Positions 38,451 to 46,671 of a stretch of 64,000 nucleotides of DNA are shown piece by piece. The stretch lies in the IMG/VR virus record IMGVR_UViG_3300044977_000094, positions 32,001 to 96,000 of that record; one strand, 5' to 3'. The stretch's first letter is position 1. Each line of letters begins with the position of its first letter. The DNA is from a virus. A program made the translations under genes and the position numbers. Under the pieces are notes generated by a model that did no database searches, had not been told where the DNA came from, and saw only the letters and a program-made list of their open reading frames with translations.

Positions 38451-38522
38451 CCTCCCGAGATCAAGGTCGGCCTGCGGCGTGATTCACCATAAGAAGTAGC
38501 CGCTGGCCAGCGCACCGGGAGG
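38451..38522 (-). ncRNA. minimal Y RNA lacking a tRNA-like domain
   Basis: Same GGUGCG / CUUGAUCUC stem motif as the flanking RNAs, capped by a short loop. Confidence 0.72.
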
Positions 38523-38537
38523 TGCATGTGAAGTTGT

Positions 38538-38676
38538 GTATCCAGAGTTCAAGGTTGGCGACGCGGTCGTAAGCGCTCTGGGCCGCTGAGCTACCGGCGC
38601 AGAAGCGCCGGCCGGGATTCGAACCCGGGTCTCTCTCTTAGCAGGAGAAGAACTCGTCACCTTCGCACCTGGATGC
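38538..38676 (-). ncRNA. yrlA: YrlA-like Y RNA with a full permuted cloverleaf
   Basis: UUCUC-CUGCUAA-GAGAG; CCGGG-UUCGAAU-CCCGG; CCGGCGC-UUCU-GCGCCGG; GCUC-AGCGGCCCA-GAGC. Confidence 0.88.
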
Positions 38677-38767
38677 CACCCACGGTACATCACGTTCACC
38701 CGATTGTGCGCCCGCGATTCCGGTCGTTCTGCTGCGCCATGAGTGACCGTCAGTCACGATGGTGTCT

Positions 38768-38950
38768 ATGAGCAGCGAGACGACTGTGTTCGTGAAGTCG
38801 AAGTCCGAGGCGGATGCGCAGGCGTGGGCGACGGTGCTGCGGTCGCTCGGCATGATCGTGGGCGGTCCCTCTGACGCGCCGGGCGTGAGCGGGGACGGGC
38901 GCTGGGTCGTGCGCGCCAACTCGCCCGACCCGGACCGCGCCAGCATCTGA
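38768..38950 (+). CDS. small hypothetical protein
   Basis: Divergent from the Y RNAs; followed by a GC hairpin. Confidence 0.5.
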   Translation: MSSETTVFVKSKSEADAQAWATVLRSLGMIVGGPSDAPGVSGDGRWVVRANSPDPDRASI

Positions 38951-39018
38951 GCATGCTGCGGCCCCGCCGACGGGGGGACGGCGGGGGTTCGGCCGTCATG
39001 GGCCAGGGATGAGCGGCG

Positions 39019-39381
39019 CTACGGACGCCACTCGGGTCGATAGCCGGGCCTGTGCGCGTACGGGACGGCGAGGAGCCGCAGCAGTTCAAGGCTTTCCGGC
39101 CGGGTCTCCTCACACCGTCCGGCCTCGATCTCGTCGGCAGTGTGACAGCATCCCCATTCGCCGTCGACGGCTGCGGCGTGCTCGAACGCGATTCGGATCG
39201 TCCGCTCCAAGGCGCCGATTTGATCCCAGCGCCGCTCGCCCCAGCTGACGCCAACCGGAACACGCTTGGGCACGTTAGAGAGGTAGATCGTCTTCCATGC
39301 GGGGTGCTCGATCGCGGCGATCGCTTCGGCCCGGTCGACTTCCAGTTGGCGGTGCAGCCAGGAGACGAGGTCTGCGGTCAC
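39019..39381 (-). CDS. DUF6221-like protein
   Basis: LRLLAVPYAHRPGYRPEW C-terminus. Confidence 0.7.
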   Translation of the reverse strand: MTADLVSWLHRQLEVDRAEAIAAIEHPAWKTIYLSNVPKRVPVGVSWGERRWDQIGALERTIRIAFEHAAAVDGEWGCCHTADEIEAGRCEETRPESLELLRLLAVPYAHRPGYRPEWRP

Positions 39382-39980
39382 CGCTTCCTCCGGCGCCGGT
39401 TCCGCTGCCGCTGCCGGTAGCGGGCATCGAGGTTCGACGGTCCGTACATGCGATCGCACTCCTCCGTCCACACGCCCCGGAGGCCGAGGGTGAGCTGGTC
39501 CACCAACAGCCGGTGCCCGTGCAGCGCATCCAACTCGGAGGCCCAGCACAGTTGGACCCCATCATCCCCACCACCGAACACCATGGTCTCGAACAGGCGG
39601 CCACCTGCCCCGAAGTAGCCGTGGTCCAGGCCCAGCCGGACCGTGGACACGTACACGGACAGGGATCGGTCGGCGCGTGAGCGAATGTGCGTGAGGGCGA
39701 CGCGCGCATAGCTCCGGTCCGCGAGAAGGATGTTCGCCGTCGCCCTGTCGATGGGCTGGCCCTGGCGGTCGAACCACATTGAGGGGAAGGCCGACTGGAA
39801 GGACTCCGCGAGATGCTGGAAGGCCGCTACCGCTCCCTCTGTCGACGCGGTGAGGGTGACCACCGTCGAGGCCAGCCGTCCGCCTGCGCCGCCGTCGGGC
39901 TCGGGCCGCCACCGCATGGCGTCCGCGCTGCCGTGCCACTCGGCGAGGGTGTCGTCGATGTCCGCCAGGATGTCGGTCAT
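39378..39980 (-). CDS. phage hypothetical protein
   Basis: VSTV.LGLDH...FETMVFGG motif. Confidence 0.65.
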   Translation of the reverse strand: MTDILADIDDTLAEWHGSADAMRWRPEPDGGAGGRLASTVVTLTASTEGAVAAFQHLAESFQSAFPSMWFDRQGQPIDRATANILLADRSYARVALTHIRSRADRSLSVYVSTVRLGLDHGYFGAGGRLFETMVFGGGDDGVQLCWASELDALHGHRLLVDQLTLGLRGVWTEECDRMYGPSNLDARYRQRQRNRRRRKR

Positions 39981-40255
39981 CGCCTCACGATCCGTCCGCG
40001 CAGTTCAGCCTCTTCCTTCATGCACAGTTCGTAGGTTGCCACTTCGTCGAGTCCCACGGCGATGATCCTCCACGCGAGCGGCATCCACCCGTCGAGCGCC
40101 TGGGCGCGGCGGGTGACCGTGACGCGCGAGACCGGGCCGGAGGAGACCAGCTCCAGCTCACCCCGCAGCATGGGCCGGTGCGTGCTGTCGAGGTTGCGCT
40201 CATCCGGGTTGGCCATTATGTCGACGTTCGCGCCGTACTCCCAGACGTCGGTCAC
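39977..40255 (-). CDS. hypothetical protein
   Basis: Coupled start and stop. Confidence 0.5.
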   Translation of the reverse strand: MTDVWEYGANVDIMANPDERNLDSTHRPMLRGELELVSSGPVSRVTVTRRAQALDGWMPLAWRIIAVGLDEVATYELCMKEEAELRGRIVRR

Positions 40256-40437
40256 GTCAGCTCCACCGCCGCCGCGAGCACGATCACCAGCACGTACCAC
40301 GCGGCCACCATCGCACCCAGCAGCCCGGCCCAGGCGCAGAGCCAGCGCGCCCACTCCGGCAGCCCGGAGAGCAGGGCATGCGCGGCCCGGTGGGCATAGG
40401 CGGTCGGGGTGCGGTCGGCCCAGCGGGAGGTAGTCAT
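40252..40437 (-). CDS. small membrane protein
   Basis: C-terminal hydrophobic helix. Confidence 0.5.
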   Translation of the reverse strand: MTTSRWADRTPTAYAHRAAHALLSGLPEWARWLCAWAGLLGAMVAAWYVLVIVLAAAVELT

Positions 40438-40628
40438 GACCCCAGTCTCCATCCCGGCGCGATCTCGGCGAGCAGCCGCATGCCAGCCTCGGCACCACGC
40501 AGGTGCTGGGCCACAGTGAGGCCCACGTTGGCCAGCGACGGCGCAGCGGGCGGTGGATCGTTGGGGTTGCCGGAGCGGTGACGGTCGAGCTGCGCCAGAG
40601 CACGGTCCGGGTCGGGGCGACGGCTCAC
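40434..40628 (-). CDS. hypothetical protein
   Basis: Coupled to its neighbours. Confidence 0.5.
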   Translation of the reverse strand: MSRRPDPDRALAQLDRHRSGNPNDPPPAAPSLANVGLTVAQHLRGAEAGMRLLAEIAPGWRLGS

Positions 40629-40936
40629 GACTCCCCCAGCTTCGACCAGGCATCCCGGAGTACGACATCAGCTGCGTCCCTGGCCTCAGCGCTCGGATAG
40701 TAGACCTTCGTGCCAGCCTCGCGCATCTCTGGGTGCTCGGCGAACAGCAGCTCATCCAGCGCACTCCGTGCCTGGGCCACGGCTTCATGGGCCTTGGTCA
40801 GCTGCGTCGCGGCCCTGCTGTTCTTCGGGTAGGCCTTCTTGATCTCAACGCTGCGCTTCACCAGATAGTCGTGCACAATGGCGAGTTCGACGCCGAGCTG
40901 CTGATGCCGATCGAGGGTGAAGCCGGGCTTCTTCAT
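40625..40936 (-). CDS. hypothetical protein
   Basis: GAGGA RBS; helical. Confidence 0.6.
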   Translation of the reverse strand: MKKPGFTLDRHQQLGVELAIVHDYLVKRSVEIKKAYPKNSRAATQLTKAHEAVAQARSALDELLFAEHPEMREAGTKVYYPSAEARDAADVVLRDAWSKLGES

Positions 40937-40976
40937 GGTTCCATCATCCTCGCTGGTGCTGCTTTCGGCCACGGGT

Positions 40977-41591
40977 TCAGTGCCATGGTGCGGGCCCGGT
41001 CCGTGAGGCCCATCCGGCGAGTTCCCGCTGCCCGTACAGGCGGATCCCGGCGCGGGCGGCGTAGTCGACAGCAGCCTTGGTGTAGCCGGAGGTGGTGACG
41101 ACGGCCGCCAACTGGGCACGGTGGACAACGGCGTAGGTTCCGCCGACCTTCTGCACCTCGGGGGATCCGACGCGGTTGGTGGGTGCGTAGCGTTTCGCCT
41201 GGATCACCATGCGCCGGCCGTCCGGGGTCGTCGCCAGGACGTCCGCGCCGAGGTCCCCCGCGCCGCCGACCACCTGGACGTGGGTGCAGCCGTCACGGCG
41301 GCACAGGTCCGCGAGAGCATGCTCGAACTGCTTCGGCGTCATCGCCAGGTAGCTGCCGACATGCCGCAGCTGCACCGTGCGCATGACCCTGGCCGCCTGG
41401 CGCTTGCGGAACGAGTACACGCCACCGCCGATCAGACCCACGGCCAGGACGGCGCCCAGGGCGGGGACGGCGGCGATCAGCACGACGGTGAAGAAGACCG
41501 CAGCCAGCCACTTCGCGGCCGGGGACGGCGGTGTGGTCCGGCGCTTGGCTGGCCGGCGGTAGGTGGTGCGGCGCGGTCGACGTCTGGCCAT
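40977..41591 (-). CDS. membrane-anchored Mrr-like endonuclease
   Basis: 2 TM; FEH..ADL, GGAGDLGADV, IQAKRY, VVTTSGYT. Confidence 0.85.
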   Translation of the reverse strand: MARRRPRRTTYRRPAKRRTTPPSPAAKWLAAVFFTVVLIAAVPALGAVLAVGLIGGGVYSFRKRQAARVMRTVQLRHVGSYLAMTPKQFEHALADLCRRDGCTHVQVVGGAGDLGADVLATTPDGRRMVIQAKRYAPTNRVGSPEVQKVGGTYAVVHRAQLAAVVTTSGYTKAAVDYAARAGIRLYGQRELAGWASRTGPAPWH

Positions 41592-41668
41592 TTCGTCCCC
41601 CCCAGGATTGTGTGCATTGTGCCGCACCAGGCTTGGGCCGGGCGGCAGTTCGAATGGATCAGGGCTAC

Positions 41669-43933
41669 TCAAGGGCTGCCCTCGGTGACGGGCAGTCCGT
41701 ATTCGCCGCTGGCGCCCGGGTTGCGGGTGACAGTGCCGTCCTTGGTGAGGCCGCTGAGGGTGTTCTCGACGGTCTTGCGCGCGACGCCGGTCATCTGGGT
41801 GATCGCATCCAGGTGCAGGTAGCCGACCTCCAGGCCGATGGGGTCGCGGCGCTCATGGAGGACGGCGAGGATCTTCTCCTTCGCGGTCGGCTCCTTCGTC
41901 AGGGTCGTGCTCGGCTTGGCGGGCTTCCACTTCGAGGTGCCGTCCTCGTCCTCTTCCGCAGCTGGCCCGACGGGGGTCAAGGCGATGTTCTGGCGGTCGT
42001 CCCAGTCGGGGAAGTCGCCCGGAATGACGATCTTCTCGGGGTCGAACAGGCCGGCGGCGGATTCCAGGATCCAGGCGCGCATCATCTCCGCGCGCTCATC
42101 GGGGCCGACGACGTAGCCGACGCCAAAGGTGCGGCGCGGGTCGTCCTCGGCGACGGTGGCGTCGTAGATCAGGGCATCGTCGTCGCCCTTCCAGAACGCC
42201 GGGATCTTCGAGGGGTCGATGCCGTCGAAGGCTTCGGGCAAGTCCACGCGGTTTTTCTGCGCACTGTCGGAGCGCAGCAGAGCCAGGAAGCCGCCGTAGA
42301 AGAGGTTGTCGCGGATCGAGGTGTCGCCAGCCATCTTTTCGAGGTTCAGGATCTGGCCGCACAGGATCAGGCACATCCCCAGTGAGCGGGCCTGCTCGGC
42401 GATCGCCGCGACGATGAACCCGGCTTCGGCGCGGTATGGGCTCTTCTCGCCGAGGAGCTGTGCGAACTCGTCGAGGATGACGGCGATCCAGGGGCGGTCC
42501 GTGCTGGCGATGAAGTTCTTCTGCCGCATGGCCGCAGACTCCATGACGCGGTGCTGGAGTATCGCGTAGGCGACGCGCAGCGCCCCCAGGGCTTCCTCGG
42601 GGCCACAGCCAGCGTGGGCAGCCATATCTTCCACGTCGGGGTTCGAGGATCCCTTGGGGTCGGCGTAAATGAGCGCAAAGCGGTTGACGTGGTAGGCCAG
42701 AGCGAGGATTTGAAGGACGCCGCCCTTGCCGGAGCCGGTGACGCCGGCGACCAGACCGTGGCGACCGCCGCCCTTCTCGTCGAAGAGCTGGACGCGGGCG
42801 GGACGGCCGGAGATCCCGGTTCCGATGGCGACGAATCCGTTTTGGTTGGCGACCAGGGTGTCCGGGCCGGGCAGGGGCCGGCCCTCTTCCAGCGGTGAGC
42901 GGTCCATCATGCGCAGCTTGGCCTTGCGCGGGTTGTTGGTCGCGGTGACTGACACGAGCAGGGTGGTGGTGCGCAGGGCTCCGGCGATGCGGTAGGCGTC
43001 GGGCATGGTGATCGCGTCGGTGTCTTCGTCGGCGACGATCCACGCGGCGACGCCGCCGGTGGCCGGGTCGGGGATGGTGCCTTCGAGGTGGGTGCCGGGC
43101 ATGCAGCCGTTCTTGTGGCCGACGCGGCGCATCCACAGTGCGTCCAGGGCGCTGTACTGGGGCTCGTCGACTGCGGGGGCGACCATGTGGACCAGGATGC
43201 GGCGGGCACTGGTGTGCGGGCCCGCGGTGATGTGGACCTGCTCGACGGGGATGCGGTAGACGCCGGACACCGTCTCGGCGGTGACCGAGACGGGCCGGCC
43301 GGGGTCGGCTTCGATCGTGCCCTCCCATGCCTCGGGGCTGTGGCCGGTCAGGGTGAGGTGGTTGCCGGGGTGGGCGCCGTCCTCCCGGGAGATGTGGATG
43401 TGCCAGGGCATCAGCACGTCATCGCCAGGAGCCGGCGCCGCGGCCGGTGCGGGGTTGGCGGGTGCCTGGTAGGCGAGGGCCTGGGGGCGGTGCCCGCGCA
43501 GGACACGGCGCAGCGAGAACGTGACGTACCCGGTCGCGCCCCACCAGGCCAGGGAGACCAGGCCGGACAGCGACGGCAGTGCCATCCATCCGGCGACCAG
43601 GGAGTCGACGCCGGGCCAGCCGTGCATGGTCGCCGTGGCCGCTGCGGTGGCGGTGGCGATCACGGAGACCAGGAACGGCTCGCGATGGGCGCGCAGGATG
43701 TCACCGCCGGGCAGGGCGTCCATGGCGTCGTCGGGCAGCAGACGGGTGAAGTTCGCCCCGGCCATCAGGGCCGGCGCGACCAGGAGGACGCTGACGGTGC
43801 CCGCGGCCTGCCCGTCCAGCAGCGGCATGGTCAGAGCCGTCGCCAGTGGTGCGGCGGCCTGGGCGACGGCGAAGCGCTTCTCCGCACGCGGGTTCGGCGC
43901 ATGGGCAACTGCGGTGGTGTCGTTGGTGGTCAC
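41669..43933 (-). CDS. traB: FtsK/SpoIIIE-like conjugative DNA translocase
   Basis: N-terminal TMs, GVTGSGKG Walker A, ILDEF Walker B, ARSLG, C-terminal wHTH. Confidence 0.85.
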   Translation of the reverse strand: MTTNDTTAVAHAPNPRAEKRFAVAQAAAPLATALTMPLLDGQAAGTVSVLLVAPALMAGANFTRLLPDDAMDALPGGDILRAHREPFLVSVIATATAAATATMHGWPGVDSLVAGWMALPSLSGLVSLAWWGATGYVTFSLRRVLRGHRPQALAYQAPANPAPAAAPAPGDDVLMPWHIHISREDGAHPGNHLTLTGHSPEAWEGTIEADPGRPVSVTAETVSGVYRIPVEQVHITAGPHTSARRILVHMVAPAVDEPQYSALDALWMRRVGHKNGCMPGTHLEGTIPDPATGGVAAWIVADEDTDAITMPDAYRIAGALRTTTLLVSVTATNNPRKAKLRMMDRSPLEEGRPLPGPDTLVANQNGFVAIGTGISGRPARVQLFDEKGGGRHGLVAGVTGSGKGGVLQILALAYHVNRFALIYADPKGSSNPDVEDMAAHAGCGPEEALGALRVAYAILQHRVMESAAMRQKNFIASTDRPWIAVILDEFAQLLGEKSPYRAEAGFIVAAIAEQARSLGMCLILCGQILNLEKMAGDTSIRDNLFYGGFLALLRSDSAQKNRVDLPEAFDGIDPSKIPAFWKGDDDALIYDATVAEDDPRRTFGVGYVVGPDERAEMMRAWILESAAGLFDPEKIVIPGDFPDWDDRQNIALTPVGPAAEEDEDGTSKWKPAKPSTTLTKEPTAKEKILAVLHERRDPIGLEVGYLHLDAITQMTGVARKTVENTLSGLTKDGTVTRNPGASGEYGLPVTEGSP

Positions 43934-43937
43934 GGGG

Positions 43938-44306
43938 CTACTCCTGCCTGTACCAGGTGCGGTCGGCCATGGGGACGGGGGAGCGGTCAGCGGCTTCCTG
44001 GATGCCGCCGTGGGTGGTGACGGTCTCCCGCTCGGCTGCCGCGGCGGCGCGGGATGCTTCGTCGGCGGCGCTGGCGTAGGCGATGGCCGCGGTGGACAGG
44101 CCCTGCATGATGCGGGCGACCTCGCGGGTTTCGCCGACGGTCGCGGTGTCGACGTGGAGCGCGGCGATCTGCTCGGCGACCCGCCCGGTGTCCTGGGCGT
44201 GGTCGTTCATGGCGCCGGCCATCTTCTTGTGCTGCTCGGTGGCGCGGCGTACGTCGCGGGCCAGGGCCCGGGTCTCGCGGAGCAGTTCGCGGTAGGTCAG
44301 GGCCAT
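43938..44306 (-). CDS. helical transfer-associated protein
   Basis: Directly upstream of traB; HGGIQEA..RSPV..ADRTWY resembles the C-terminus of the upstream gene. Confidence 0.65.
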   Translation of the reverse strand: MALTYRELLRETRALARDVRRATEQHKKMAGAMNDHAQDTGRVAEQIAALHVDTATVGETREVARIMQGLSTAAIAYASAADEASRAAAAAERETVTTHGGIQEAADRSPVPMADRTWYRQE

Positions 44307-44308
44307 GG

Positions 44309-45970
44309 TCAGTTCCCCTGCTTGTCGAGGTAGAACTCGCGTTCGGCGGGCGTGGTCAGGGGGGAGTCGACGACGGCCCGGTAGATGCCGCCGTGCCGGG
44401 TCTCGGCATTGGCGGCGAGGGTGCGCACGGCCTCGCTGCCGCGCTGGGCGTTCTTCTCGATCTCCTCGGCCCGGGTGCGCAGCACCTGGGACCGCTCGGC
44501 GAGACGGCCGAGCAGGATAACGATGCCCGCGCCGCCTTTGACGGCTTTCGCGTCCTCGGACAGGCGCTGTGCCCGGGTCGCCAGGTCTACGGCCTGTACG
44601 CGGGTGGCCTTGCTGCCCTCTGCGATCCGGGCGAGCGCTGCCTTCTTCTCCGCCAGGCGCCGCTCGAACTGCTTGAGGGTGCGGACTTCGCCGCGGGTCA
44701 TGCGGTGAGCGGTGTCGTCGGGGGCCGTGAAGGAGACGGTCGTGGGGCCGACGGCAGTCACCTGCACAGGCACCGCAGCGGGTGCGGGTGCGGGTGCGGG
44801 CTTCTTGGCCAGGTCGACGGTTGATCCGCTGGTGGGGGTCATCTTCGGGGCTGTGTCCGCCTTGGGCTTGGTGGCGTTGCGGGCCCTGGTGTCGGACATG
44901 GTCTTTCCCTCGGCTTTGTCGGCGGCTGTGCGATCGTCCCAGCCGTCGCGTGCGCCGTCGCGGTAGGCCCTGGCCTGTCCGACGACTGCGGCGCCCCGGG
45001 TGCCGTCGCGGTATCCGGCCTCGCGCGCCGTGCGAGTGCGCAGCTTCGGGGCGTCGGCCGGCGTCTGGGTCGCTGGGGCTGCCGTGTTCTTGGGGGTCTT
45101 GGTCTTCTCGGAGGCATCCCGAGTGGTCGGTGTGGGCTTGGCCGCCGCTGCGGTCTTGGCGTTCAGACCCTTCGGGTCGGCGCGCTTCACCATGTCCGGA
45201 CCGGCGGGGCGCGCGTTACCGTCCGGTTTCGCCGACCCAGGGGACTTGGCCGAACCGGGCGTCTTGGCCGCGGCGCCGTCCTTGGCACTCCCGGGACCGG
45301 CGGCCCTGGCGCTGGGGTCCTTGGCGGTCTTGGTGTCGCGGTAGTCCCGGTCGTCGTGCTTGGTGACCGTGTCCGCCTTCGCGGCCCTCGTGGCGGACTT
45401 CGCGTCGGCCTGCTTGGCGTCCCGGCTGTCGCGGGCGGCCTTGGTCGAAGCTGTCTTCGCGTCCGACGTGTCCGCCTTCTTGAGATCGCGGCTGTCCCGG
45501 CCGTGCCGCTGGGACACCTTGTTGTTCAGGTCCGCGACCTTCGCATCACGGTTGGTGCGGTGCTGGCCGTCGTGCTTGGCCAGCCGCTCAGCCCGGTTCG
45601 CGTTCGCGGTGTTGCTGGAGGCCCCGGAGACCCGGGTCTCCTTGATGTCGTGGGTCCGCTTGACGCTGGTACCGCCGCGCCGCAGCCGCTCCGCCAGGGC
45701 ATGGCCGAGCGCGGCCACCACACTGCCCCGGCCACCGGCCTTGGCGGTGGCTGGCTCGTCCTTGCTGCTGGCGCGGTCGGGAGTCTGGCTCATGGCAGCG
45801 GTGGTTCCGAGCGGCCGCACCGGGCGGGCGGGCTCGACTGGAGTGAGGATCCGCGCGAGCGGGCCCGGAGCAGCAGCCGGCCCGCTCGGCGCGGACTCCG
45901 CAGCCCCGTCTGCCGGCCCGGAGTCCTCTCCCGGATCGGTCGGTGCTGTCGGCGCGGTAGCTGTCGTCAT
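44309..45970 (-). CDS. Ala/Lys-rich transfer-associated protein
   Basis: Low-complexity middle; C-terminal helical HGGIY..DSPL..AEREFY. Confidence 0.65.
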   Translation of the reverse strand: MTTATAPTAPTDPGEDSGPADGAAESAPSGPAAAPGPLARILTPVEPARPVRPLGTTAAMSQTPDRASSKDEPATAKAGGRGSVVAALGHALAERLRRGGTSVKRTHDIKETRVSGASSNTANANRAERLAKHDGQHRTNRDAKVADLNNKVSQRHGRDSRDLKKADTSDAKTASTKAARDSRDAKQADAKSATRAAKADTVTKHDDRDYRDTKTAKDPSARAAGPGSAKDGAAAKTPGSAKSPGSAKPDGNARPAGPDMVKRADPKGLNAKTAAAAKPTPTTRDASEKTKTPKNTAAPATQTPADAPKLRTRTAREAGYRDGTRGAAVVGQARAYRDGARDGWDDRTAADKAEGKTMSDTRARNATKPKADTAPKMTPTSGSTVDLAKKPAPAPAPAAVPVQVTAVGPTTVSFTAPDDTAHRMTRGEVRTLKQFERRLAEKKAALARIAEGSKATRVQAVDLATRAQRLSEDAKAVKGGAGIVILLGRLAERSQVLRTRAEEIEKNAQRGSEAVRTLAANAETRHGGIYRAVVDSPLTTPAEREFYLDKQGN

Positions 45971-45995
45971 CTCCGGACTCCTCACTCTCAGTTGA

Positions 45996-46098
45996 CTCCC
46001 ACCCACCCCCCACCCGGCCCCGAATGAACGAGAGTGGGCCTGTGACCTGCAAGGGGAACCACTTCGATGCAGTCCCAGCGATGGGGGGTGGGTGGGAG
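45996..46098. repeat. 17-bp perfect inverted repeat CTCCCACCCACCCCCCA
   Basis: 45996-46012 and 46082-46098. Confidence 0.7.
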
Positions 46099-46102
46099 GT
46101 GG

Positions 46103-46654
46103 TCACGAACTGCTACGGGCAGGCAGGTGTTTCTTCACCCAGCCGACGGTCAGCACGGCGCCGATGGACCCCAGGACGATCACCCCGACATCCGAACCCG
46201 ACCCCGAGCCGCTGCTGGCATTGGAAGTGCTCGACGTGTCAGTGAGATCCGGCGTGCTCGTCGCCGGATAGACCTGGCCGCACTGCGCGACCGCACCGTA
46301 GTTACTGCCAGCCTCCGCGATGCACGCCTCCACCGCGAGACGCCGGGCCTTCTCAGCTGGGGTTTCCTGGGCCGCGGCCTGGGCCTGGGCTGCGGCCTGC
46401 TGCTGCTGGGCCAGCTCCACCTTGGCCGTGTTCAGGGCGATCTGCTGGCTCTGGACGCGCGCGTCGGCCTGGGCCGTCTCGTACTGCGACCAGGTGAACA
46501 CCCCGGCTGCCGCGACGCAGGCGAAGCCAAGGCCGAGTCCGGCCTTGGCGCGCGGGGAGAGTCTGGCGGGCGGCTGTGGCTCGTCGGGCTGCGGGTTCTT
46601 CCACGGCGGGATCGTGGTGATGTTGTACGGGTCGTTGTAGGGGGACTGGCTCAT
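46103..46654 (-). CDS. membrane protein (spread-like)
   Basis: TM - coiled coil - TM. Confidence 0.6.
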   Translation of the reverse strand: MSQSPYNDPYNITTIPPWKNPQPDEPQPPARLSPRAKAGLGLGFACVAAAGVFTWSQYETAQADARVQSQQIALNTAKVELAQQQQAAAQAQAAAQETPAEKARRLAVEACIAEAGSNYGAVAQCGQVYPATSTPDLTDTSSTSNASSGSGSGSDVGVIVLGSIGAVLTVGWVKKHLPARSSS

Positions 46655-46671
46655 GGGTCTCGGTCTCCGGG

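Noticed and set aside
38302-38676. Canonical tRNA genes or a tRNA attB remnant
   Set aside because: The arms are in permuted order, the acceptor stems are closed by loops and there is no CCA end; this fits Y RNAs
38302-38676. CRISPR array
   Set aside because: The units are structured and degenerate, not identical repeats with spacers; no cas genes are present
43938-45970. Type VII secretion (WXG100 plus FtsK)
   Set aside because: No WXG motif, and a single ATPase domain with a wHTH fits TraB rather than EccC
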